Shown here one piece after another: positions 25,637-33,730 of a stretch of 46,845 nucleotides of DNA. Each line of letters begins with the position of its first letter. Position 1 is the stretch's first letter. The notes below the pieces were generated by a model. It was not told where the DNA came from. It saw nothing but the letters and a program-made list of their open reading frames with translations, and ran no database searches. This DNA comes from Thermoanaerobaculia bacterium (GTDB lineage Bacteria > Acidobacteriota > Thermoanaerobaculia > Gp7-AA8), in the NCBI GenBank assembly GCA_050745405.1, contig JBOGJQ010000286.1, positions 1-46,845 of the forward strand, in the 5' to 3' direction. The translations under genes and the position numbers were made by a program.

Positions 25637-27073
25637 TCACTGCGCCGCCATGGAGCTGGCGGTCGCGGCCTGCATGTCGCGCTCGCGCCGCGCCTGCAGC
25701 GCGCGCCAGAAGCGCTCCTTCGCCTCCATCTCGCGCCGCTCGTGCTCGGCGCGTTTCGCCTCGAGCACCTCCAGCACGGCGCGCTCTCCGTCTCGTGCCG
25801 CTTCGCTCCAGGGATACTGACCGAGGTACTCGCGATAGAGGACGAGGCTCTCCTCGTACGATCCCGCTTCGAAGAGGAGGCGCGCCTCGCGAAGCGTCGC
25901 CCGGCGCGAGACGACTTCCTCCGCGGCAGTCGCGGCGGCGATCGCCGTGTCCGTCGCCTCGAGCTCGCGCTGCAGGAGAGCGACGGGGACCAGCAGCAGT
26001 GCGGCCACGACCGCGACGATCGCGATGCCGAGCGGCGTCGGCACGGCCGTGTCGAGCCGCCGGAGCGCGCGCCGGAACGGCCCCTCGATCGTGATCGGCG
26101 TCGTCGGCGTGTCCTCGGGGCTCAGATTCGACACGACCGGCACCGCGCGCGGGAGCGTCAGCCCCGGGCTCGTATCGAAGTCGCCGACGCGCGCGAGCCG
26201 CCGCAGCTCGCGGTTCGCTTCGGCCGCCGACGGGAAGCGCTCGGCCGGATCTTTTGCGAGAAGACGCCGGACGTACGCGCGCAGCCACGGCGGAGTATCG
26301 GCGCGCTCCACGCCGAGGTCGGGCGCGGGCGTGTGAACGATCTCGTAGAGAATGTCCGGAACCGACGGCGCCTCGAACGGCTTCTTCTCCGTCAGCATCT
26401 CGTACAGCAGCACGCCGACCGAGAAGAGGTCGGACACGGCGGTGATGCGCTGGCTGGAAATCATCTCCGGAGACATGTAGTACGGCGTTCCGATGATCTC
26501 GCTCTTGGCGGTCAGCGTCGCGGCGCCACCGTCGCGCGCCCACCGCGCCACGCCGAAGTCGGCGATCTTCGCGCGCCCTTCGACGGTGACCAGGACGTTG
26601 GCTGGTTTGATGTCGCGGTGAATCACGCCGCGGCCGTGCGCGAAGGCGAGTCCGGTGAGCACGTCGCTCGCGATGCCGACCGCGGCGTCGAGCGGCAGCT
26701 TTCCTTCGCGCTGGAGCAGGGAAAGGAGCGACTCCCCCTCGACGTACTCCATCGCGAGATAGCTGATGCGCCGCCCCTCCCACCCGACGTCGTAGAGCGC
26801 GACGACGTTCGGATGGAGGAGGGAACCGCACAGCTCCGCCTCCCGGCGGAACCGCCGGAGGAAGGCTTCCTCGGCCGCGGTCGAGTCGAACTGCCGCGCG
26901 CGTGGCAGCGTCTTGAGCGCCACCAGGCGGCCGATGCGGAGGTCCCGCGCGAGATAGACGATCCCCATCGCGCCGCGCCCGAGCGTCCTCTCGACCTGGT
27001 ACTGGTCGAAGATCAGGCCGTCGGCGTCGGCACTTCCCCCGTTCGCGGGAACGGCATCGGATTGGACCGCCAT
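25637..27073 (-). CDS. Ser/Thr protein kinase with C-terminal transmembrane segment and helical tail (478 aa)
   Basis: GRGAMGIVY, VALKTL, HRDIKPANVLV, DFGVAR, and GTPYYMSPE motifs. Confidence 0.85.
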   Translation of the reverse strand: MAVQSDAVPANGGSADADGLIFDQYQVERTLGRGAMGIVYLARDLRIGRLVALKTLPRARQFDSTAAEEAFLRRFRREAELCGSLLHPNVVALYDVGWEGRRISYLAMEYVEGESLLSLLQREGKLPLDAAVGIASDVLTGLAFAHGRGVIHRDIKPANVLVTVEGRAKIADFGVARWARDGGAATLTAKSEIIGTPYYMSPEMISSQRITAVSDLFSVGVLLYEMLTEKKPFEAPSVPDILYEIVHTPAPDLGVERADTPPWLRAYVRRLLAKDPAERFPSAAEANRELRRLARVGDFDTSPGLTLPRAVPVVSNLSPEDTPTTPITIEGPFRRALRRLDTAVPTPLGIAIVAVVAALLLVPVALLQRELEATDTAIAAATAAEEVVSRRATLREARLLFEAGSYEESLVLYREYLGQYPWSEAARDGERAVLEVLEAKRAEHERREMEAKERFWRALQARRERDMQAATASSMAAQ

Positions 27074-27975
27074 CAGGACTCCCGTTCCTGTTCAGCCAGC
27101 AAATTTCCTGCCGAACGGGCCGAGCCACGGAACCGGTCGGGATACGCATCCAACAGAGGTGGCGGAACTTCCCCCTCCTGTCCCAGGGCTCCCCGCAGCT
27201 CGACCGCGTTGACGATCGCTTGCCCGCGGAAATGGTTATTCGTAATTGCGTACACGTCGCCGGAGCCGGCGAGCTCCCGGATCCGTCGGACCCACGGCTC
27301 CAGCTCCTCGGGCGCGTAGAGGTAATCGTACCGTTCCCACGACTCCTCGTGGGCGAACCATTTCTGGTAATTCCGTCCGTGGAAGCGGACGTACCCGAGT
27401 GGTCCGGTGGCCACGGCGGCGGGGGCGATCGAGTCGCTGAACAGGGGCTGGTCGACGTTCACCGTGGCGAGGGAGTGCTCGTCACAGAAGGCACGGAAGG
27501 CGTCGTCGTCGAAGCTCGCGTGACGGACTTCGACGGCAAGCGGGTAATCGCGGAATGTCGACGCGAGCGTGTCGATGCGCTCGAGCGCCTCGGGCGTATT
27601 CCGGAAACTCCAGGGAAACTGGACGAGAACCGCGCCGAGGCGGCCGGCGTCGGCGAGGGGATCGAGAAAGCGGCGGAAGGCGGCGGCGTCGCCCGGCTCG
27701 GGCCTCTCGTCGTGCGTGAAGCCGCGATAGAGCTTCGCGGTGAAGCGGAAGGCGGGATTTCCGGCCGTTCTCCGCACCCAGCTCGTCGCATGCGTGGGGG
27801 GCGGCACCCGGTAGAACGACGAGTTCACCTCGATCGTGTCGAAGTAATGGGCGAGAAAGGCGAGGCGGTCGAAGCGGCTGCCCGCGCCGGCCGGATAGAC
27901 CACCCCTTCCCAATCCTTGTAGCTCCAGCCGGCCGGGCCGACGCGGATCGTGGGGCTGTTTTCGGGGCCTGCCAT
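27073..27975 (-). CDS. DUF72 (YecE/UPF0759) family protein (300 aa)
   Basis: IRVGPAGWSYKDWEGVVYP and FDTIEVNSSFYR are hallmark DUF72 N-terminal motifs. Its stop codon overlaps the kinase start by 1 nt. Confidence 0.85.
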   Translation of the reverse strand: MAGPENSPTIRVGPAGWSYKDWEGVVYPAGAGSRFDRLAFLAHYFDTIEVNSSFYRVPPPTHATSWVRRTAGNPAFRFTAKLYRGFTHDERPEPGDAAAFRRFLDPLADAGRLGAVLVQFPWSFRNTPEALERIDTLASTFRDYPLAVEVRHASFDDDAFRAFCDEHSLATVNVDQPLFSDSIAPAAVATGPLGYVRFHGRNYQKWFAHEESWERYDYLYAPEELEPWVRRIRELAGSGDVYAITNNHFRGQAIVNAVELRGALGQEGEVPPPLLDAYPDRFRGSARSAGNLLAEQERES

Positions 27976-28247
27976 CTCGGGCTCAACACGCGGCCGCGTT
28001 CGTTGCTTTCGAGAGGAACCTTATGCTAAAACGCGGACTTACAGCGACTCGACAATCCGGCGAATCATGCAATGTGTTCTTCCTCCGCGGACTCGACTCG
28101 TATTTCGGAAGGGGGAGTGATCTCGACGTCAGACGACGGATCACGACATCCAACGCGGGGGAACTCACGTCGCGGCACCCCGCTCGCGATTCGAGCTGCG
28201 GCATCGGACCCACGGTTTTCTTTTTCGACGTAGGAGACTCGATTTCC

Positions 28248-28559
28248 ATGGATACATTCAACGACAAGACTCTCAGCTGCGTGGAGTGTGGTGGCGACTT
28301 CCTCTTTTCCAAGAGCGAGCAATCGTTCTATGCTGAGCGCGGCTTCACCAACGAGCCGAAACGCTGCAAGAACTGCCGCGATAAACGGAAGGCTTCGCGG
28401 GACTCCGGCGGGAACGGCGGGAGCCGGCAGATGGTCTCCGTCACTTGCGACAACTGCGGCGTCGCGACGGAAGTTCCCTTCACTCCCGTCAGCGGCAAGC
28501 CCGTGTACTGCCGCGACTGCTACGCCCAGCGGCGCTCCCAGTCGAGAGCCTTCGTCTAG
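28248..28559 (+). CDS. Double CxxC zinc-ribbon protein (CxxC-x17-CxxC type, 103 aa)
   Basis: CVECGGDF...CKNCR and CDNCGVAT...CRDCY motifs. AGGAG upstream of the ATG at 28248. The N-terminal 75 codons of the track ORF look non-coding. Confidence 0.7.
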   Translation: MDTFNDKTLSCVECGGDFLFSKSEQSFYAERGFTNEPKRCKNCRDKRKASRDSGGNGGSRQMVSVTCDNCGVATEVPFTPVSGKPVYCRDCYAQRRSQSRAFV

Positions 28560-28582
28560 GGCCGACCTCTTTTTTCGTCCAA

Positions 28583-28617
28583 GGACAGGGACCGTTCGCG
28601 GTTCCTGTCTTTTTTTT
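28583..28617 (+). terminator. Rho-independent terminator
   Basis: Stem GACAGGGACCG / CGGTTCCTGTC (one G-U pair), TTCG loop, then T8. Confidence 0.8.
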
Positions 28618-28627
28618 GCGGTCGGGA

Positions 28628-28696
28628 GGATAGGACGTATAGGACGTATAGGACCAATAGGACTCCTTCGTCCTACGTGTCCCATACGTCCTATAG
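28628..28696. repeat. Core-less tandem-repeat hairpin: 4 x 9-mer (GTATAGGAC family) + loop TCCTTC + 3 complementary 9-mers
   Basis: Read directly. It ends 1 nt before the ATG at 28698. Confidence 0.9.
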
Positions 28697-28697
28697 A

Positions 28698-29651
28698 ATG
28701 TGCCGCGTTTTGACGAGCCGTTCCCTCTCCCCTCCCGCCGCCTCCGTTCTCGACCTCATCGGCAACACCCCGATGGTCGAGCTGCGGCGCATCTCGCCGC
28801 GCGGCGGCGCGACGATTTACGCGAAGCTCGAGTTCTTCAGCCCCGGCGGATCGGTGAAGGACCGGATCGGCATCGGGATGATCCGCTCCGCGGAGCGCGC
28901 GGGGCTGCTCGCCCCCGGTGCGACGATCGTCGAGCCGACGGCGGGGAACACCGGGATCGCTCTCGCGCTCGCGGGCGTGCAACTCGGCTATCGCGTCATT
29001 CTCGTCGTGCCGGAGCAGTTCTCGGTCGAGAAGCGGGAGATCATGCGTGCTCTCGGCGGCGAGGTCGTTCTCACGCCGAAGGACGACGGCATGAAGGGAG
29101 CGATCGCGAAAGCGGAGGAGATCGCCGCTGCGACGCCGGGCGCGTATCTGCCGCAGCAGTTCCGCAACCGTTTCAACGCCGATGCGCACTACGAGACGAC
29201 CGGTCCCGAGATCTGGGAGCAGATGGAGGGGAGCCTCGACGGGTTCGTGTCGGGATCGGGAACGGGAGGGACGTTCACCGGAGCGGTGCGGTACCTCAAG
29301 CAGCGGCGCGCGGACCTGGTCGCCGTCGTCGTCGAGCCGCAAGGCTCCGTCATCGGGGGCGGCGAGGCGGGTCCTCACGAGGTCGAAGGGATCGGCGCGT
29401 CGTTCATCCCCGAAGTCCTCGATCTGGAGCTGGCGGACGAGATCGTGATGATTCCGGACCCGCCGGCGTTCGCCATGGTCGGCCGCCTCGCGCGCGAGGA
29501 AGGAATTCTCGCCGGGTCGTCGTCCGGCGCGAACGTCGTCGCCGCAGTGCGGCTCGCCGAGCAGCTCGGGCCCGGAAAGCGCGTCGTCACTCTCATCCCC
29601 GACAGCGCCGAGCGCTACCTGTCGAAGGGCATCTACTCGAAGTGGCGCTGA
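28698..29651 (+). CDS. PLP-dependent cysteine synthase family protein (CysK / MccA-like)
   Basis: LIGNTPMVEL, the PLP-lysine motif GGSVKDR, and TAGNTGIALA. The start is uncertain: the track start at 28677 lies inside the hairpin repeat, and ATG 28698 or TTG 28710 are both possible. Confidence 0.8.
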   Translation: MCRVLTSRSLSPPAASVLDLIGNTPMVELRRISPRGGATIYAKLEFFSPGGSVKDRIGIGMIRSAERAGLLAPGATIVEPTAGNTGIALALAGVQLGYRVILVVPEQFSVEKREIMRALGGEVVLTPKDDGMKGAIAKAEEIAAATPGAYLPQQFRNRFNADAHYETTGPEIWEQMEGSLDGFVSGSGTGGTFTGAVRYLKQRRADLVAVVVEPQGSVIGGGEAGPHEVEGIGASFIPEVLDLELADEIVMIPDPPAFAMVGRLAREEGILAGSSSGANVVAAVRLAEQLGPGKRVVTLIPDSAERYLSKGIYSKWR

Positions 29652-29671
29652 CGCGGCGAAAGGAGATCGCC

Positions 29672-30811
29672 ATGGGCATCTCGACCGAATGCATTCACGC
29701 GGGGCAGGAGCCCGAGCCCGAGACGGGCGCGGTCACCTACCCGATCTTTCAGACCTCCACGTACGTCCAGCCGAAACTCGGGGAGCACAAGGGCTACGAG
29801 TACGCGCGGACGAAGAACCCGACGCGGTCGGTGCTCGAGGCGAACCTCGCCGCTCTCGAGCGCGGCGCGACCGGCCATTGCTTCGCCTCGGGCATGGCCG
29901 CGACGACGACTCTCATGGCCCTGCTCCGCCAGGGCGATCACGTCGTCGCCGCGGAGAACATGTACGGCGGGACGTTCCGCCTGTTCCACCACGTCCTCGA
30001 GAAATACGGCCTCGAGTTCACGTACGTCGACACGGCCGATCTCGATCAGGTGCGGGCGGCGCTCCGTGAGAAGACGCGGATGCTCTTCCTCGAGACGCCG
30101 ACGAACCCGATGATGACCGTGACCGACATCGCGGCGTGCGCCGAGGCGGTCCGCGGGCGCGACATTCTGGTCGTCGTCGACAACACCTTCGCGTCCCCCA
30201 TCCTCCAGCGGCCGATCGAGCTCGGCGCGGACGTCGTCGTCCACTCGACGACGAAGTACCTCAACGGCCATTCCGACTCGGTCGGCGGCGCGGTGATCTG
30301 CCGCTCCCCGGAAGTCGGCGAGCGGATCGGCTTCCTGCAGAATGCGATGGGAGGCATCCTCTCGCCGTTCGATTCGTTCCTTGTTCTGCGGGGGATCAAG
30401 ACTCTGGCCGTGCGCATGGAACGGCACAACGCGAACGGCGTGGCGATGGCGCAGTACCTGGCGAATCATCCGAAGATGAAGCGCGTTTTTTATCCCGGGC
30501 TGCCGTCGCACCCGCAGCACGGTCTCGCCCGGAAACAGATGGCCGGATTCGGCGGGATGATCGCGTTCGAGCTCGGCTCGCGCGAGAACGCGGAGACGTT
30601 CCTGAACCGCGTTCGCCTCTGCTCGCTCGCCGAGTCGCTCGGCGGCGTCGAGACGCTGATCTCGCATCCGGAGACGATGACCCACGCGTCGGTCCCGCCG
30701 GAGACGCGGAAACGGCTGGGGATCACGCCGGGCCTCGTGCGGATCTCGGTCGGCATCGAGGACATCGAAGATCTGATCGCCGACGTCGAACACGCGGCCG
30801 AGGGGATCTGA
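29672..30811 (+). CDS. Cys/Met-metabolism PLP enzyme (cystathionine gamma-lyase / gamma-synthase family, 379 aa)
   Basis: YARTKNPTR, FASGMAA, and the PLP-lysine context HSTTKYLNGHSD. AAAGGAG Shine-Dalgarno before the ATG at 29672. Confidence 0.85.
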   Translation: MGISTECIHAGQEPEPETGAVTYPIFQTSTYVQPKLGEHKGYEYARTKNPTRSVLEANLAALERGATGHCFASGMAATTTLMALLRQGDHVVAAENMYGGTFRLFHHVLEKYGLEFTYVDTADLDQVRAALREKTRMLFLETPTNPMMTVTDIAACAEAVRGRDILVVVDNTFASPILQRPIELGADVVVHSTTKYLNGHSDSVGGAVICRSPEVGERIGFLQNAMGGILSPFDSFLVLRGIKTLAVRMERHNANGVAMAQYLANHPKMKRVFYPGLPSHPQHGLARKQMAGFGGMIAFELGSRENAETFLNRVRLCSLAESLGGVETLISHPETMTHASVPPETRKRLGITPGLVRISVGIEDIEDLIADVEHAAEGI

Positions 30812-30841
30812 CGCGTTCCGGCCGCCGACTACAATGAAGCG

Positions 30842-31459
30842 ATGAGCGAGATCGTCCTGGTGGTCCTCGCGGCGTACGCGATCGGATCCATTCCGTTCAG
30901 TTTTTTCGTCGCGCGGCTCGCCTCCGGCAAGGACATCCGCACGCTGGGCAGCGGCAACGTCGGCGCGACGAACGTCGCGCGGACGGTCGGCAAGCCGGCG
31001 GGGCTCGTCGCGCTGCTGCTCGACGGCGCGAAGGGATATCTCGCCGTCCGCCTCGCCGAAGCGATGCTCCGGCCGGACGCGCTGCCGGCGGAAACGACCG
31101 CGGGCGCCTGGATCGGCGTCGCCGCCGTCGCCGCGGTTCTCGGTCACATGTTCCCCGTCTGGCTCGGCTTCCGCGGCGGAAAAGGCGTCGCGACCGCAGC
31201 CGGCGTTTTTCTGGCGCTCGATCCGCGCGCGTTCCTCTTCTCGGCCATCGTTTTTCTCATCGTCGAGATCGCGACGCGCTTCGTCTCCCTCGCCTCGATG
31301 CTCGCGGCTGCGACCATGCCTCTGGTTCTCCGCTTCATCGAGCGCGAGAGCGCGTGGGTGATCGTCGCGAGCATCGTCGTCGCGATCGCCGTCATCCTGA
31401 AGCATCACGCGAACATCGCGCGTCTCGCGCACGGCACCGAGCCGAAGTTTCCGAAGTGA
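30842..31459 (+). CDS. plsY: Glycerol-3-phosphate acyltransferase PlsY
   Basis: YAIGSIPFSFFVARL, GSGNVGATNV, and FRGGKGVATAAG motifs. 205 aa membrane protein. Confidence 0.9.
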   Translation: MSEIVLVVLAAYAIGSIPFSFFVARLASGKDIRTLGSGNVGATNVARTVGKPAGLVALLLDGAKGYLAVRLAEAMLRPDALPAETTAGAWIGVAAVAAVLGHMFPVWLGFRGGKGVATAAGVFLALDPRAFLFSAIVFLIVEIATRFVSLASMLAAATMPLVLRFIERESAWVIVASIVVAIAVILKHHANIARLAHGTEPKFPK

Positions 31460-31472
31460 GGAGAGGACGCGC

Positions 31473-32480
31473 GTGAGAGTGACGGTCGTCGGAGCGGGCT
31501 CGTGGGGATCGGCGCTGGCCGAGCTGGCCGGCCGTTGCGAGCACGACGTGCTTCTCTGGGCACACGACCCGCGCGTCGCCGAGGCGATCGAGCAGTCGCG
31601 CAGCAATCCGGTGTACCTCCCCGCCGCGCAGTTCCCGGCGAACGTCCGCGTCACGAGCGATCTCGACGAAGCAGCCGCGCATTCGGAGACGGTCGTCATG
31701 GTCACGCCGAGCCACCACTACCGCGGCGTCCTCGAGCGGCTCGCCGCGCGGTGGGCGCGTCCGGTGCGCATCGTCTCGGCAACGAAGGGGATCGAGATCG
31801 AGTCGCTGCAGCGCATCTCGGAAGTCAGCCGCGACGTTCTCGGGGACCGTCTCGGCGCGTTCGCGGTCCTGTCGGGACCGACGTTCGCGGTCGAGGTCTC
31901 GCGAGGCGATCCGACGGCGGCCGTCGTCGCATCGGAAGACGAGACGTTCGCGGCGAATGTCCAGGAGGCGTTTTCGTGCGGCACGTTCCGCCTCTACCGG
32001 TCGGATGACGTGGCCGGCGTCGAGCTCGGGGGCTCGCTCAAGAACGTCATCGCGATCGCGGCTGGTGCCATCGAGGGATTGGGACTCGGATCGAACACCC
32101 TCGCGGCTCTCATCACACGCGGCCTGCACGAGATCCGCCGTCTCGGCGTTGCGTGCGGCGGACGTCCTGAAACGTTCGCGGGACTCGCCGGAATGGGCGA
32201 CCTCGTCCTCACCTGCACGGGGGCTCTGTCGCGCAACCGGAGCGTTGGCGTGGCGCTCGGCAGCGGCAAACAGCTCGACGAGATCCTGCGCGAGACGCGG
32301 CTCGTCGCGGAAGGAGTGAAGACGTGCCGTGCCGCGCGTGAGCTCGCCTCCCGCTTCGGCGTCGAGATGCCGATCACCGAGGAAATGGACCGGGTGCTGT
32401 ACGAGCGGGAATCGCCGCGGAGCGCGATCCAGCGGCTGATGTCGCGCGCGCTCCGGTCCGAGTTCGAGGCCGACCGCTGA
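31473..32480 (+). CDS. gpsA: NAD(P)H-dependent glycerol-3-phosphate dehydrogenase
   Basis: VVGAGSWGSALA Rossmann motif, SATKGIE, and GSLKNVIAIAAG. GTG start. Confidence 0.9.
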   Translation: MRVTVVGAGSWGSALAELAGRCEHDVLLWAHDPRVAEAIEQSRSNPVYLPAAQFPANVRVTSDLDEAAAHSETVVMVTPSHHYRGVLERLAARWARPVRIVSATKGIEIESLQRISEVSRDVLGDRLGAFAVLSGPTFAVEVSRGDPTAAVVASEDETFAANVQEAFSCGTFRLYRSDDVAGVELGGSLKNVIAIAAGAIEGLGLGSNTLAALITRGLHEIRRLGVACGGRPETFAGLAGMGDLVLTCTGALSRNRSVGVALGSGKQLDEILRETRLVAEGVKTCRAARELASRFGVEMPITEEMDRVLYERESPRSAIQRLMSRALRSEFEADR

Positions 32481-32527
32481 GGACGCCAGCAACTCGCGTT
32501 AAACCAGAGTTTACGCGTCGCGGTGCC

Positions 32528-32543
32528 TGGCTCCACCCTTGCA
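32528..32543 (+). promoter_or_regulatory. Sigma-54 (-24/-12) promoter candidate
   Basis: TGGCTC-CACCC-TTGCA has exact GG-N10-GC spacing and sits ~30 nt upstream of a small ORF that has an AAGGAGG Shine-Dalgarno. Confidence 0.6.
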
Positions 32544-32573
32544 GTTTTTCAGGGTGTAAGGAGGCAGGCTTTC

Positions 32574-32714
32574 ATGCTCAAGATGATTCGAAAGATGGTC
32601 CGCTTCCGGCTGGCGCAGAAGGTCACGCGCGGCGCGGCCCGGAAGCTCGGCCTGCGGCCGATCGCCGGACTCCTCGGCGTGGTCGGCGGGCTCCGCGCGG
32701 CGCGCCGGCACTGA
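32574..32714 (+). CDS. Small, highly basic hypothetical protein (46 aa)
   Basis: ATG preceded by AAGGAGG at good spacing, a sigma-54-like promoter upstream, and an intrinsic terminator downstream. I recognise no family. Confidence 0.45.
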   Translation: MLKMIRKMVRFRLAQKVTRGAARKLGLRPIAGLLGVVGGLRAARRH

Positions 32715-32729
32715 CGCTCCGCGGCGGAA

Positions 32730-32755
32730 CACGGCAGGACCCCACCCGCGCGGTG
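32730..32755 (+). terminator. Rho-independent terminator
   Basis: Stem CCCCACC / GGTGGGG followed by TTTTTT. Confidence 0.75.
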
Positions 32756-32799
32756 GGGTTTTTTCGTGCCTTTTCCGCGCGGGATAGAATGAAGGCGGC

Positions 32800-33429
32800 A
32801 TGGACAGGAAGAACCTCGGCGAAATGCTTCTCGCCGCGAACCTGATCGACGAGGTGCAGATGAAGGTCGCCCTCGCCGAGCAGCGCGCGACCGGCAAGCG
32901 CTTCGGCTCGACGCTCGTCGACCTGAAGTTCATCGACGAAAACGTGCTCGCCGCGTTTCTGTCGAAGCAGATGGACGTCCCGTGCATCAGCCTTCTGCAC
33001 ATCGATATCCCGAAGAAGGTGGCGCGCCGTCTTCCCGGCCGCGTCGCCCGGGAGTGCCGCGCGATCCCGATCCGTCTCGTCGATGACGCGCTCGAGGTCG
33101 CCATGGTCGACCCGGCAGACCTCGAAGCGGTCGACATCCTCGAGTCGACGACGAGTCTGCGCATCGTTCCTCTCATCGCGCCGCAGAGCTCCATCGAGAA
33201 GATCCTCGAGGTCATGTACCCGCGCACGCTGGGCGACGACACGGTCCTCGCGCCGGTCCCCGGCGTGGCCGATCCGCAGTTCCGCGATCTCATCGAGGAG
33301 ATCGAGAACGCCGATTTCGACGCGCGGTTCAACCGGATCGACGAGAGGCTCGACCAGCTCTGGATCCTTCTCGAGAAGGTGCTCCGCCGAGTCGAGGAGC
33401 TCGAGAAGACGCCCGCGCCGAGGGCGTAG
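32800..33429 (+). CDS. Stand-alone T2SSE_N / MshEN-type domain protein with C-terminal coiled coil (209 aa)
   Basis: Two 24-residue MshEN-like motifs separated by a 5-residue spacer: NLGEMLLAANLIDEVQMKVALAEQ, then RATGK, then RFGSTLVDLKFIDENVLAAFLSKQ. A GspE-N-type fold segment follows. There is no ATPase domain. Confidence 0.75.
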   Translation: MDRKNLGEMLLAANLIDEVQMKVALAEQRATGKRFGSTLVDLKFIDENVLAAFLSKQMDVPCISLLHIDIPKKVARRLPGRVARECRAIPIRLVDDALEVAMVDPADLEAVDILESTTSLRIVPLIAPQSSIEKILEVMYPRTLGDDTVLAPVPGVADPQFRDLIEEIENADFDARFNRIDERLDQLWILLEKVLRRVEELEKTPAPRA

Positions 33430-33730
33430 GCTCGTTGCTGGTTGCTAATTACTCGTCGCTCGTCGCTTGTCACTGATTGCCAGTCGCCGGTCAGCCTCTA
33501 GTCGCGTCGTCATCCTGAGGAGCGAAGCGACACTTCGTCGCTGCCGCTCCTCAGTGCAGGCTCCGGATCTCCTGATTCGCGACTCCGACTCGCGACAACC
33601 TGCCGCATTGAGACCCGGCTGAGGAGATCCTTCGCTCACGCCCACCCGCGCCGCCTCGCTCAGGATGACGAGCGCTGTGGTATGCGAACGGCCGACGAGC
33701 AACGAGCAACGAACGACTAGCCGACCAGAA
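33430..33730. repeat. Composite element C: 7-mer arm (GCTCGTY)n + core (33509-33669, same orientation as A, ~30-nt insertion) + complementary arm (GACGAGCAAC...)
   Basis: Core termini GTCATCCTGAG...CTCAGGATGAC and inner GCTGAGGAGATCCTTCGCTCAC are conserved with copies A and B. The element fills the whole convergent gap between the stops at 33429 and 33731. Confidence 0.9.

Noticed and set aside
28023-28247. N-terminal 75 codons of the 178-aa ORF (MLKRGLTATRQSGES...)
   Set aside because: There is no Shine-Dalgarno at 28023 and the composition is unlike the rest. The zinc-ribbon domain begins at the internal ATG at 28248, which has an AGGAG upstream.
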